From: Roseivirga sp. | GTDB lineage: Bacteria > Bacteroidota > Bacteroidia > Cytophagales > Amoebophilaceae | DNA: 64,000 bases | Reading direction: 5' to 3' | Assembly (NCBI GenBank): GCA_051016155.1 | Contig: CP136537.1 | Location: forward strand, 192,935-256,934 | In this document: positions 19,401-29,174 of the stretch, piece by piece | Position numbering within the stretch: position 1 is the stretch's first letter | How the letters are laid out: each line of letters opens with the position of its first letter | Translations under genes and position numbers: made by a program | The notes under the pieces: generated by a model | Told to the model about the DNA's origin: nothing | Seen by the model: only the letters and a program-made list of their open reading frames with translations | The model's database searches: none

Positions 19401-19907
19401 CTAAGACACTGTAAAATCTCTGGGATTGCCTATCGCCTCTATCGTACCGACAGCTGGCACAATCTGCTGCCACTGGGTAATATCGAGTTTGACATGAATG
19501 TAGCAGCAAGTAGGCAGCTGCGCTACCTGCTTGCCAGTCAGGTAGACGAGTAGTAGGCTGATCAAGGGCCTATGGCTGACTGCCAGCACTTTTTGACAAG
19601 CATCGTTCCAAGTGTGCATCATAGACACGACAGCTTCTACAGGCCCTTCATACAGCAGCTCTGTCAAGCTCACCTTTTGTTCTGCCTGGGGCATCTGAGA
19701 CATCACAGCAGCAGCAGTCTTGGCAGTACGCACCGCAGGGCTCGCCATGACTTTACAGAAATGAATCCCTTGCGCGTGCCAGTAAGTTCCTAGCTTTTGG
19801 GCCTCACGAAGGCCTTTTTTTGTCACGCTTCGAGCCATATCTCCCCCATGGGGCTCTGAAAGGAGCGCTTCGGCATGTCGCAAGATGAATAGGTCTTTGG
19901 AGGCCAA
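19401..19907 (-). CDS. sixA: histidine phosphatase family protein (SixA-like)
   Basis: LFILRHAEA ... RSVTKKGLREA ... SHRPLI. About 165 aa with a TTG start. Confidence 0.7.
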   Translation of the reverse strand: MASKDLFILRHAEALLSEPHGGDMARSVTKKGLREAQKLGTYWHAQGIHFCKVMASPAVRTAKTAAAVMSQMPQAEQKVSLTELLYEGPVEAVVSMMHTWNDACQKVLAVSHRPLISLLLVYLTGKQVAQLPTCCYIHVKLDITQWQQIVPAVGTIEAIGNPRDFTVS

Positions 19908-20024
19908 TATGATCCCTACATTTGATTTGTGTTAACTAGGTACGAAGTTAGCAAAATATGTAACCTACTGCACTACTTTACTTTTCTATAGGAAGCATGC
20001 ATATTCGCACCAAACACTGACGAT

Positions 20025-22343
20025 ATGCCCAAGAATCTTGTGATTGTAGAGTCACCTGCCAAAGCCAAAACCATTGAAGGGTATTTGGGGGCAGACTATA
20101 AAGTAGCCTCGTGCAATGGCCACATCAGAGACCTTCCCAAAAGCAGCGAAGCGATTGACGTGGAGCGCGGTTTTCAGCCTACCTACGAGATCAGCGAAGA
20201 CAAGAAACACATTGTCAAAGAGCTTAAAGCCCTGGCCAAACAAGCCGATTGTGTCTATCTAGCCAGCGATGATGACCGCGAAGGAGAGTCTATTTCTTGG
20301 CACCTAAAAGAGGCTTTGGCCCTGAATGACGCTAAGACCCGTAGGATTGTCTTTCGGGAAATCACCAAAAATGCCATTCTCAACGCCCTGCAAAGTCCTA
20401 GAGGAATTGACCTGGCCTTGGTAGACTCGCAGCAAGCCCGCAGGGTGCTAGATCGGCTAGTGGGCTATGAGTTATCACCTATTCTGTGGAAAAAAATCAA
20501 GCGAGGCCTATCTGCCGGCCGCGTGCAGTCCGTGGCCGTGCGCATGGTGGTAGAGCGAGAGCGTGCCATCTACGCCTTCAAGCCGGTCAGTAGCTTTGTC
20601 GTTACTGCGCTGTTTGACCTGGGCAGCGACAAATACCTGCAAGCAGAGCTGCCAGAGCGCTTCAAAACTGAAGAAGAAGCCTACCAGTTTTTGGAGCAGT
20701 GCCGAGGCGCTGCCTTCTCTATCCAAAACCTGGAAACAAAGGCCGCCAAAAAGTCGCCAGCTCCTCCCTTTACTACCTCTACTTTGCAGCAAGAGGCCAG
20801 CAGAAAGCTAGGCTATTCTGTGACGCGCACGATGGTGCTGGCCCAAAAACTTTACGAAGCAGGTAATATCTCTTACATGCGAACCGATTCTGTCAACCTA
20901 TCCAAAGAGGCAGTGGCAGGCGCGCAAGCAGAAATTCATGCTTCCTACGGCGCAGACTACTTTCAGCCCAGGGCCTACAAAACCAAGGCAGCCACAGCCC
21001 AAGAAGCGCACGAAGCCATTCGGCCTACCGATTTTTCGCAGCGGGAGGTTAGTGACGACAGTGGCGCGCAGCGGCTCTATGACTTGATCTGGAAGCGGGC
21101 CATTGCCTCGCAAATGGCAGACGCACAGCTAGAAAAAACTACGGCTACGATTGCCATCTCCACCAGCCCCCGCACGCTAGTAGCCAAAGGAGAGGTAATC
21201 AAGTTTGAAGGTTTCTTGAAAGTCTACATAGCCTCCCAAGACGAAGACGAGCCGGCTGAGAGTCAAGGCATGCTGCCCCCTTTGACGATAGGGCAGTTAC
21301 TGTCCCTTGAGCACATGAAGGCCCGCGAGCGCTTCAGCAAGCCTCCAGCCCGGTACACTGAAGCAAGCTTAGTCAAGCAGCTCGAAGAACGAGGCATTGG
21401 GCGACCTTCTACGTATGCGCCTACCATTGCGACCATTCAAAAGCGTGGCTACATCCTTAAAGAAGATAGAGAAGGGCAGGAACGAGCCTATAAGCTGCTG
21501 ACACTGCAAGCAGATACCCTCCAACGTGCACAGCACGTGGAGGTAGTGGGCACAGAAAAGCAAAAGCTGTTTCCTACCGACATGGCCATGGTAGTGAATG
21601 ATTTTTTGGTGGCTCATTTTGCTGATGTGACTGACTATGACTTCACTGCCAAAGTGGAAGAAGAGCTAGACAGCATTGCGCAAGGAGGCAAAGCTTGGGA
21701 CCAAATGCTGGCTCAGTTTTACAGTGAGTTTCATCCTAAGGTGACGCAAACTGACCAGCTCGACCGCACAGCAGTCAGCAGTGAGCGGCTGCTAGGGCAA
21801 GACCCCCAAACAGGCCAGCCAGTGAAAGCACGGCTAGGCAAGTACGGGCCTTTGGTGCAGCTAGGAGAAAGCGAGGGAGAGAAACCTCCTCAGTTTGCCA
21901 GTCTGAATCAGGACCAACGCCTAGAAAACATTACGCTAGAAGAGGCACTTAAGCTCTTTGCTTTGCCCCGCGAGGTAGGTGACTTCGAGGACTACGCTAT
22001 GGTGGTGAATAGAGGCCGATTTGGGCCTTATGTCAAGCACAATGGCAAGTTCTACAGCCTCAGCAAAGAAGACGATCCCCTTACGATGGATGCCAATAGG
22101 GCAATTGCCCTCATCCAAGCCAAGCGCAAAGCCGATGCCGAAAAGCTCATCAAGTGCTTTGACGAGCAGCCTGACCTCCAAATCCTGAATGGGAGGTGGG
22201 GTCCTTACATCAAGTCTGGCAGCAAGAACGTAAAGATTCCCAAAGAGGTGGAAGACCCCAAGGCCCTCTCTTTAGAAGCTTGTCTGGAGCTAGTGGCCAA
22301 CGCACCAGAGAAAAAGGGAAAGCGCTATAAGAAAAAGGGTTAG
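20025..22343 (+). CDS. topA: DNA topoisomerase I
   Basis: MPKNLVIVESPAKAKTIEGYLG (Toprim), YMRTDS active-site Tyr region, and a C-terminal basic tail. Confidence 0.96.
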   Translation: MPKNLVIVESPAKAKTIEGYLGADYKVASCNGHIRDLPKSSEAIDVERGFQPTYEISEDKKHIVKELKALAKQADCVYLASDDDREGESISWHLKEALALNDAKTRRIVFREITKNAILNALQSPRGIDLALVDSQQARRVLDRLVGYELSPILWKKIKRGLSAGRVQSVAVRMVVERERAIYAFKPVSSFVVTALFDLGSDKYLQAELPERFKTEEEAYQFLEQCRGAAFSIQNLETKAAKKSPAPPFTTSTLQQEASRKLGYSVTRTMVLAQKLYEAGNISYMRTDSVNLSKEAVAGAQAEIHASYGADYFQPRAYKTKAATAQEAHEAIRPTDFSQREVSDDSGAQRLYDLIWKRAIASQMADAQLEKTTATIAISTSPRTLVAKGEVIKFEGFLKVYIASQDEDEPAESQGMLPPLTIGQLLSLEHMKARERFSKPPARYTEASLVKQLEERGIGRPSTYAPTIATIQKRGYILKEDREGQERAYKLLTLQADTLQRAQHVEVVGTEKQKLFPTDMAMVVNDFLVAHFADVTDYDFTAKVEEELDSIAQGGKAWDQMLAQFYSEFHPKVTQTDQLDRTAVSSERLLGQDPQTGQPVKARLGKYGPLVQLGESEGEKPPQFASLNQDQRLENITLEEALKLFALPREVGDFEDYAMVVNRGRFGPYVKHNGKFYSLSKEDDPLTMDANRAIALIQAKRKADAEKLIKCFDEQPDLQILNGRWGPYIKSGSKNVKIPKEVEDPKALSLEACLELVANAPEKKGKRYKKKG

Positions 22344-23164
22344 GCAAGATTGACATCTCTTTTTTGAGCAGCAGTCCTGAATTGGGTCTTTTTCTCCCCG
22401 TGCAAATTACTATAAATGCGTTGAAGTTGCTCTCGATATGACTGCATAATTACATTGCCGTTTCCCTTATTCAGTAAAACTTGTACTATATCAGCAATAT
22501 CCTCTAAGTCATTTGAGGCTAGGCCACGTACAAAAGACCCAAGAATTTTTCTGAGCGCAACATTAGTTTTGAGAACATCGTTGCTGTATTTATATGACTC
22601 TTGTCCTGTCCCGTCGTCGAGATTGGGATTCGCGCCTGCACCCAGTAGTAGCCTCACTACACTCATCTTCCCAGAGTCAATAGCATTGAGCAACGGGCGC
22701 TCACCGGCTTGTGGCTGGTCAGGATCTACTTTACAGTCAGACAGTAGATACTTAACAATGTCCTCATGTCCGCTTTGTGCAGCTGTGGTCAGAGCAGAGC
22801 GGCCATACTTACCCACTGCTTTAGGCGATAGGCCTTGCTGATGTAAGTACTTAAGGAGTAGCAAGCTGTGTTGAGATTCACTAATAGCCAGTGTATGTAA
22901 GGTACGATCGTCACCATTGGGCTTAGCAGCAGTCAAATCAACTTTCTCACCTGCCTTCAGCTTTTTAATCGCATCTCTGAGGAAGTCATCTTGGATGCCA
23001 TTGACTATGGCATCATCCAGCGTAATGCTGTTTTTCTCAGGAGTGTTTTCGCCCTCCTCTCCCCCCTTACCAATCCCCTCATTGCCTCCGCATTGCATGG
23101 AGGAGACAATGGATATTAGTAAGGCAATGGCTGCAAGCTTTAAACTGTATCTTTTGTATAACAT
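22340..23164 (-). CDS. ankyrin-repeat lipoprotein
   Basis: MLYKRYSLKLAAIALLISIVSSMQCGG lipobox. At least 3 ANK units (GRSALTTAAQSGHEDIVKYLL, ERPLLNAIDSGKMSVVRLLLGAGANPN). The ORF-track N-terminal extension to 23266 runs into the palindromic repeat. Confidence 0.8.
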   Translation of the reverse strand: MLYKRYSLKLAAIALLISIVSSMQCGGNEGIGKGGEEGENTPEKNSITLDDAIVNGIQDDFLRDAIKKLKAGEKVDLTAAKPNGDDRTLHTLAISESQHSLLLLKYLHQQGLSPKAVGKYGRSALTTAAQSGHEDIVKYLLSDCKVDPDQPQAGERPLLNAIDSGKMSVVRLLLGAGANPNLDDGTGQESYKYSNDVLKTNVALRKILGSFVRGLASNDLEDIADIVQVLLNKGNGNVIMQSYREQLQRIYSNLHGEKKTQFRTAAQKRDVNLA

Positions 23165-23225
23165 AGTGGATGGTAAGAATATTAAGAAACTCTCCTTACG
23201 CGCTCCCTTCTCAGTACGCCTCATT

Positions 23226-23302
23226 TTGTCATGCTGAGCGCAGCGAAATATCGCTGCGAGGCCCACACCACGTGGAGGTTCCTCGCCAGGCTCGGAATGA
23301 CA
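23226..23302. repeat. palindromic dispersed element (TTGTCATGCTGAGCGCAGCGAAAT...CCTCGCCAGGCTCGGAATGACAA)
   Basis: Inverted arms gtcatgctgagcg / gctcggaatgac. Confidence 0.8.
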
Positions 23303-23552
23303 AGGCCACTGCGTAAGATGAGTAAGAAAGAACAGAATACATCAAGGAAATCGTACTAAATTATGATTTATAGCAAATAATGAACGAATTTAGTGCCTTC
23401 AGCGAGAATTGATGGTCTACCAAGTGCAGGCTGCAGCCGCGAAGTTTCTTCCCTGTCTTCAGATAATTGGCTAATAGCAAATATAAAAGTCTGTATAACT
23501 CAATGATAAAGTTAACTGAAATTGAGCCAACTTTTAATCCATCCCAACGCTT

Positions 23553-24542
23553 ATGCAACTAGCCCTGATAGGAGCCACTGGCCTGGTTGGCCAAACAGTC
23601 TTGCGCGTATTGGAAGAACGCCACTTTCCTGTACAAAAGCTGCTGCCAGTCGCCTCTGCCAGTGCTGCAGGCAGGCCACTTACCTGGGTAGGAAAGCCCT
23701 ACACCCTCCTAAGCCTAGAAGCTGCGCTAGCAGCCCGTCCTACACTAGCCATCTTTGCTGCTGGCGCAGAAGTGTCGCAGGCATGGGCACCTCGTTTTGC
23801 TGCTTCAGGCACCACTGTGATTGACAACTCCACCGCTTGGCGGATGCATCCAGCGTATCCATTGATCGTCCCGGAGGTGAATGGACACCAGCTGTGTGTC
23901 CAAGACAAGCTCATTGCCAATCCCAACTGCTCTACCATCCAGCTCGTCATGGCCTTGGCCCCTTTGCATCAGCGCTATGGCCTGCGGCGCCTGATGATCA
24001 ATACTTACCAAGCAGTGACAGGCAGTGGCCAAGCAGCAGTTAACCAGCTGATGGCAGAACGGCAAGGACATACTCCTGCCGTTCGTACTTATCCACATGC
24101 TATTGACCTCAACGTACTGCCGCATATCGACGATTTTGCAGAAGATGGTTCCACCAAAGAAGAGCGCAAGTTGGTGAATGAGACCCAGAAAATACTAGGC
24201 GACAACACGATCCGCGTGACGGCCACTGCCGTGCGGGTACCTGTGATGGGGGGGCACTCATTGGCAGTTAATGCAGAGCTGGGGCACGACTTTGACCTTC
24301 ATGAGGTTGTACAGCTCCTTAGCCAAGCGCCAGGCGTGGTTGTACAAAATGACTTTGCGCAGCACCAATACCCTATGCCTATCCATGCACAACACAAGGA
24401 TGAAGTATTCGTAGGCCGCATTCGGAGAGATCACTCCCAGCCCAACACCCTGCATATGTGGATCGTGGCTGATAATTTGCGCAAAGGAGCTGCTACCAAT
24501 GCTGTGCAGATTGCAGAGCAAGTCAGCAAGCTGATTGATTAG
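23553..24542 (+). CDS. asd: aspartate-semialdehyde dehydrogenase
   Basis: MQLALIGATGLVGQ (NAD(P)-binding), IANPNCSTIQ (active-site Cys), length 329 aa. Confidence 0.93.
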   Translation: MQLALIGATGLVGQTVLRVLEERHFPVQKLLPVASASAAGRPLTWVGKPYTLLSLEAALAARPTLAIFAAGAEVSQAWAPRFAASGTTVIDNSTAWRMHPAYPLIVPEVNGHQLCVQDKLIANPNCSTIQLVMALAPLHQRYGLRRLMINTYQAVTGSGQAAVNQLMAERQGHTPAVRTYPHAIDLNVLPHIDDFAEDGSTKEERKLVNETQKILGDNTIRVTATAVRVPVMGGHSLAVNAELGHDFDLHEVVQLLSQAPGVVVQNDFAQHQYPMPIHAQHKDEVFVGRIRRDHSQPNTLHMWIVADNLRKGAATNAVQIAEQVSKLID

Positions 24543-24595
24543 GTCATTTGTTTATTGGGTTATTTGCTCATTGATTAAGTCATTTTGTAATAGTC

Positions 24596-25259
24596 TTGCT
24601 ACATCAAAGAAATAATCCATTGTATGAAAAAAGTACTACTTGTTTCCTCACCCTAAATGTTTTAAGCATCATGCCAACCTCTACTAGTTGGGCACTAGGC
24701 TTTCAGCAAGCACTGCTATCAGACGAAGTGTTCAGCGCAATGAAAGCAGCGAAGACTTTCAATGAGCATTCGCCTGTAGCAAGAGAGCGCCTGCGGCTGC
24801 TCACTATTCAACACGTTGATTTTGAAGGCGATACACACACAGGCCACTTGGTGGTGCTGGATGCTTGCGCAGATGCCGCCCTGGCCATCTTTCAATCTCT
24901 TTACGAAATGAAATTTCCTATTCAAAAAGCACGACTGATGCACCACTATCAAGGCAATGACGAGCTGGCCACTGCCGATAACAACACTTCGTGCTACAAC
25001 TGTCGCGTTACAGGGGGAGCACTTCCATTTCACTTCATGCCTATGGTACTGCTATTGATATCAATCCTTGGTTGAATCCTTTTGTACGCATCAATGAAGC
25101 GCAAGGAACTGCTACTTATGAACCCGTTGAAGGGGTCCAATATGCCAATCGGCAAGGAGGCAAGCGCACCCGAGGCATGGCTGAGACCGTAGTGGCCTTG
25201 TTCGTGCAGCATGGCTTTAACGTCTGGGGGGGGTAACTGGAATTCTATGGTAAAAAAAA
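24596..25259 (+). pseudogene. M15-family (VanY-like) D-Ala-D-Ala peptidase, multiply frameshifted and 3'-truncated by the IS
   Basis: Two overlapping frames (24596-25075 and 24991-25236) join as ...SCYNCRVTGG|STSISLHAYGTAIDINP across a G5 run at 25013-25017. A G8 run at 25216-25223 breaks ...GFNVWGG|NW. The signal-peptide-like MKKVLLVSS at 24625 is in yet another frame. The gene ends at the IS terminus (25260). Confidence 0.75.
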
Positions 25260-26448
25260 TGTAGTAGTTGAAATTTAATCTGACATTGGTTAAATTGTAC
25301 AACAACTAAAACTACTACAATCATGAACTTAAACCAGAAGATTATCAAACCTAAAATTGGACTGCTTGAACTCGCTAAGAGCCTGGGCAACATCTCGGCT
25401 GCTTGCAAAACCATGGGGTACAGTCGAGACAGCTACTATCGTTTTAAAGAGCTCTTTGAGACAGGTGGACAAGAAGCATTGCTAGAGATCAGCCGAAAAA
25501 AGCCTATCCTGGCTAATAGAGTAGAGCCCTCTGTTGAAAAGGCGGTCGTTCAGATGGCTACTGACTTTCCTGCTTACGGACAACTTAGAGTCGCTAATGA
25601 GCTCAAAAAGCAAGGTATTATCGTTTCCCCTGGGGGCGTTCGCTCTATTTGGCTCCGAAATGACTTGAATAATATCAAAAAGAGACTTCAGGCCTTAGAA
25701 GCTAAGATGGTACAAGAAGGCCTTGTGCTCACTGAGAGTCAGCTCCAGGCCATGGAGAAGCATCAGCGTGATAAGGAAGCTCATGGAGAGATCGATACGG
25801 AGCATCCAGGCTATTTAGGCTGCCAGGATACCTACTATGTAGGACACTTCAAAGGTATTGGCAAGGTCTATGGTCAAGTCTACATTGACGCCTACACGCG
25901 TGTAGCAGATTGCAAGCTCTACAATGAGAAGACAGCGATAACGAGCGCTGATATGCTCAATGACCGCGTGCTCCCTTGGTATGAACAGCAAGGGGTGCCT
26001 ATCTTACGTATCCTAACAGATCGAGGAACAGAGTACAAAGGCAAACTGGAGAACCATGCCTATGAGTTGTTCCTATCAGTCGAGGGGATAAGTCATAGCA
26101 TGAGGCGGGCGTATTCTCCACAGAGCAATGGAATATGCGAGCGATTCAACAGGACGATGAAGCAGGAGTTCTTTGATTGTGCCATGGGCAAGAAGATATA
26201 TAGGAGTGTAGAGGAGTTACAGACGGACTTGGATGTATGGTTAGCTTATTACAACGGGGAGCGTCCGCATAGTGGACGTTATTGTTATGGGAAGACGCCG
26301 TTGGCTACGTTGCTCTCAAGTAAGCACCTGAGTGTGGAGAAGCATAATGAGATGATGCACCTGAAGGGCAGCTCAGACAGTTATGAGTTAGCAGACGCTA
26401 GAGCTAACTAAAATTATCTACTTGTCAGATTAAATACTGACTATTACA
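25260..26448 (+). mobile_element. IS481-family insertion sequence (~1.19 kb)
   Basis: Imperfect ~25-bp terminal inverted repeats: TGTAGTAGTTGAAATTTAATCTGACA at 25260-25285, and the reverse complement of 26423-26448 (TGTAATAGTCAGTATTTAATCTGACA). Termini are TGTA...TACA. There is a single transposase ORF. Confidence 0.85.
25323..26411 (+). CDS. IS481-family transposase (HTH + rve integrase core)
   Basis: N-terminal HTH ([29 protein letters not shown]). DDE core ([10 protein letters not shown]..., [36 protein letters not shown]). Confidence 0.9.
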   Translation: MNLNQKIIKPKIGLLELAKSLGNISAACKTMGYSRDSYYRFKELFETGGQEALLEISRKKPILANRVEPSVEKAVVQMATDFPAYGQLRVANELKKQGIIVSPGGVRSIWLRNDLNNIKKRLQALEAKMVQEGLVLTESQLQAMEKHQRDKEAHGEIDTEHPGYLGCQDTYYVGHFKGIGKVYGQVYIDAYTRVADCKLYNEKTAITSADMLNDRVLPWYEQQGVPILRILTDRGTEYKGKLENHAYELFLSVEGISHSMRRAYSPQSNGICERFNRTMKQEFFDCAMGKKIYRSVEELQTDLDVWLAYYNGERPHSGRYCYGKTPLATLLSSKHLSVEKHNEMMHLKGSSDSYELADARAN

Positions 26449-26701
26449 AATAATGATACCTGCACGCCAGCACCTGGATTCTACCTTCGAAGACGCGATA
26501 GACCAGTCGGTGGGTTCGGTCAATGCGCCTGGACCAATAGCCCTGCAAGTCGCCTCGCAAGGGTTCAGGCTTGCCTATGCCTGCAAAGGGTGTGCGCATG
26601 ATTTCTTTCAGCAATTGATGAATTCTTTTGAGCTGTTTGCGGTCTTGCTCTTGCCAATAACGGTAGTCTTCAAAAGAGGCTGCTGAAAACTCAATGTTCA
26701 T
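26444..26701 (-). CDS. yoeB: YoeB/Txe-family toxin
   Basis: FSAASFEDYRYWQEQDRKQLKRIHQLLKEIMRTPFAGIGKPEPLRGDLQGYWSRRIDRTHRLVYRV...LACRYHY, close to the E. coli YoeB pattern. The stop codon lies inside the IS481 terminus. Confidence 0.92.
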   Translation of the reverse strand: MNIEFSAASFEDYRYWQEQDRKQLKRIHQLLKEIMRTPFAGIGKPEPLRGDLQGYWSRRIDRTHRLVYRVFEGRIQVLACRYHYL

Positions 26702-26958
26702 TCTGCCAGTGCTGAGAGAGGTACTCGTTTAGAAAACCCTTGCTCCAGCTGCTGCTTGCTTTGGAGCAAATGTGCTGCATTGGCCGCATTGCTGAATAGG
26801 TACAAGGTTTCTTGCATGGCGTTGTAGTCTTCTAAAGAAAGCACAACCATGTCTTCGCCTCTTTGCCGCTTCACTACCATAGGCTCATGGTTGTCAGCTA
26901 CCTTTTGCAAGCTTGTTTTAAGGGTTTCTCTGAAAGTGCTTAAGGCCAGTGTTTCCAT
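26698..26958 (-). CDS. yefM: YefM/Phd-family antitoxin
   Basis: METLALSTFRETLKTSLQKVADNHEPMVVKRQRGEDMVVLSLEDYNAMQETLYL. It overlaps the yoeB start by 4 nt. Start chosen at an internal Met of ORF 26698-27090. Confidence 0.9.
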   Translation of the reverse strand: METLALSTFRETLKTSLQKVADNHEPMVVKRQRGEDMVVLSLEDYNAMQETLYLFSNAANAAHLLQSKQQLEQGFSKRVPLSALAE

Positions 26959-27135
26959 AGTTATTTCTTTCTCTTTCCACGAAGATAAGCACTGCCCACC
27001 GTAGAACCCAGTTTTTCGTACCATTTTTTGTACAATGTTTTTCAGAGCGTAGCAGGTGCATAGGTCTGTTGGATTAGCAAAAGAAACCAAAGCAGCTCAT
27101 ATTTGGATCGGCTATCCTGACAGATACGGCTGGAT

Positions 27136-27236
27136 CCCAATCACAAAATCAGCAAATCACCCATTCACCCAACGCATTCAATCACTTGATAACTCAAATA
27201 AACGAATGATCAAATAATCTAATGATCAAATAAACA
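27136..27236. repeat. AATCAC/GTGATT-type repeat cluster upstream of murI
   Basis: cccaatcacaaaatcagcaaatcacccattcaccc...caatcacttgat...aatgatcaaataa (reverse-complement orientation of the GTGATT family). Confidence 0.7.
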
Positions 27237-28049
27237 ATGGACTTCCCCCCTCATGAACGACCGATCGGTATCTTTGACAGTGGCATCGGTGGCCTCACTG
27301 TGGCTCGAGCCGTTAAAAGGGAGCTACCCCACGAGTCTATTGTCTATTTTGGAGACACTGCCCACCTCCCCTATGGCGACAAGTCCATGGCGACGATCCA
27401 AGCCCGAGCACTCAAGATAAGTGACTTACTTCTGCAAAAGCACTGCAAAGTCATTCTCATGGCTTGCAACTCTGCTTCAGCAGCAGCCTACGACGCCGTC
27501 CAGGCCCATGTAGGCCAGCAAGCCACTGTCTTGAACGTCATTGATCCGATGATTGACTACATAGGAAAACACTTCAAGCAGCAGACCATTGGCTTGATTG
27601 GTACCCAGCAGACCGTGCAATCAGGCATTTACCAAAAAAAAGTCCAGGCCTTGCATCAGGGCATTGTGCTCCAGGCTTTGGCTACCCCCCTCCTAGCCCC
27701 CATGATCGAAGCAGGATTTACACAAGGGCCCATCAGCCAAGAAGTGATCCATAACTATCTGCAGGCACCTGCCCTGCAGTCGATCCGAGCACTCATTCTG
27801 GGGTGTACGCACTATCCAGTCATCAAAGTCCAATTACAAGCCTTTTATCAGCAACAAGTAGCTGTAGTAGATGCTACAACTATCACTGCCCAGTTCCTCA
27901 AGGACTTTCTGGCGCAGCGCCAACTGCTCAGCACCACCAAAAAGGGGGAAGACCATTTTTGGGTCTCTGACCTCACCCAAAATTTTGTACAAGCTACCCG
28001 CCTTTTCTTTGCTCAGCCAGTGCGCCTAGAGTTGTTTCCTGCTGATTGA
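27237..28049 (+). CDS. murI: glutamate racemase
   Basis: GIFDSGIGGLTV, MACNSASA, LGCTHYP. Confidence 0.94.
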   Translation: MDFPPHERPIGIFDSGIGGLTVARAVKRELPHESIVYFGDTAHLPYGDKSMATIQARALKISDLLLQKHCKVILMACNSASAAAYDAVQAHVGQQATVLNVIDPMIDYIGKHFKQQTIGLIGTQQTVQSGIYQKKVQALHQGIVLQALATPLLAPMIEAGFTQGPISQEVIHNYLQAPALQSIRALILGCTHYPVIKVQLQAFYQQQVAVVDATTITAQFLKDFLAQRQLLSTTKKGEDHFWVSDLTQNFVQATRLFFAQPVRLELFPAD

Positions 28050-28115
28050 AGCAGAGGATGGTTGCAAGATTTTTTGATTGATTAACCCCTCTCACACCAA
28101 TCTGGCACAATAGGA

Positions 28116-28230
28116 GGCTGTTGCAAAACAGATTGAACTATGACACTGAGCTCTTAAAATAGGCTGTCTTGGGGGCTAGCAAGGTTTTTTAAATCGCTCA
28201 ATCACCAAATCACTCAATAATGCAATGATC
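28116..28230 (+). repeat. dispersed ~115-bp gene-upstream element, copy a
   Basis: ggctgttgcaaaacag...cttaaaataggctgtcttgggggctagcaaggttttttaaatcgctcaatcaccaaatcactcaataatgcaatgatc. It aligns with 29535-29648, 31720-31830, 62101-62215 and the reverse complements of 33572-33686 and 7134-7215. Confidence 0.85.
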
Positions 28231-28323
28231 TGAATAGGAGTCCGCAATCGAAGAAAACTCCCAACACAACGTGCAAATCTCTCCTTGTTTGACTAGCTTT
28301 GCGTCTTTACGTGCCGCAAAAGC

Positions 28324-29118
28324 GTGGCACCAATAGCATACATAACCATCACGCCTGTGCTCTTCCAATCTTTATTGTTGTTTCTTTCAGCCTTCCTTGG
28401 AGGCTTAGTTGTACTCTTAGTCTGCCCACCAGGGCCTAATACTTTCAAATTCTTGCTGCTCTTTACAGGAGGCTACCTGTTTGCGATCACCGTGCTACAC
28501 ATCTTGCCAGACCTCTTTGCGCTGCATCACTCTTCCCAGCTCGTAGGGTTGTACATTTTGATAGGCTTCTTCTTACAGTTGCTGCTAGAGCTTTTTAGTG
28601 GAGGACTAGAGCATGGCCACCTACATGATTGCTCTTCAGCTGCCTCTTCCCACCACCTGGCTCCTTTGACCCTGCTGTTAGCCATGTGTGTCCATGCTTT
28701 CTTTGACGGTGTCATTCTGAGTGATATTACCCCAGCAGCCCATCACCACCACCACGGCCATAGCCATGGCGCTGAGGGACTCTTGTTAGGCATTTTACTC
28801 CACAAAATACCAGTTGCTTTTGCTTTGGCCAGTGTATTGGGCAAGCTCGTAGCGCACAGAAGCACAGCCATCATCTACTTAAGCATTTTTGCCCTGGCTT
28901 CTCCACTGGGGCTGTGGTGTAGCCACTACTGTGCGGAGCAAAACTGGCTATCAGCGCATGGATTCGTCGCTTTGATGGCAATGGCCAGTGGTGGATTGCT
29001 ACACATTGCTACCACCATTTTCTTTGAGTCGAGCCCAGGCCACCACGTGAACATCCACAAGTTCATGGCTAGTCTGGCAGGTGCTAGTCTGGCTGTTGTG
29101 CTAGAAATGGCGATGTGA
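28324..29118 (+). CDS. ZIP-family divalent metal transporter
   Basis: Multi-TM protein with a His-rich loop AAHHHHHGHSHGAEG and HxxPxxFALA-like HKIPVAFALAS. GTG start. Confidence 0.75.
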   Translation: MAPIAYITITPVLFQSLLLFLSAFLGGLVVLLVCPPGPNTFKFLLLFTGGYLFAITVLHILPDLFALHHSSQLVGLYILIGFFLQLLLELFSGGLEHGHLHDCSSAASSHHLAPLTLLLAMCVHAFFDGVILSDITPAAHHHHHGHSHGAEGLLLGILLHKIPVAFALASVLGKLVAHRSTAIIYLSIFALASPLGLWCSHYCAEQNWLSAHGFVALMAMASGGLLHIATTIFFESSPGHHVNIHKFMASLAGASLAVVLEMAM

Positions 29119-29174
29119 AAGCCCTTGCAGCTCTGATCCTCCAGCTTAAGCCATGGTCACCATATAATGAGTTG

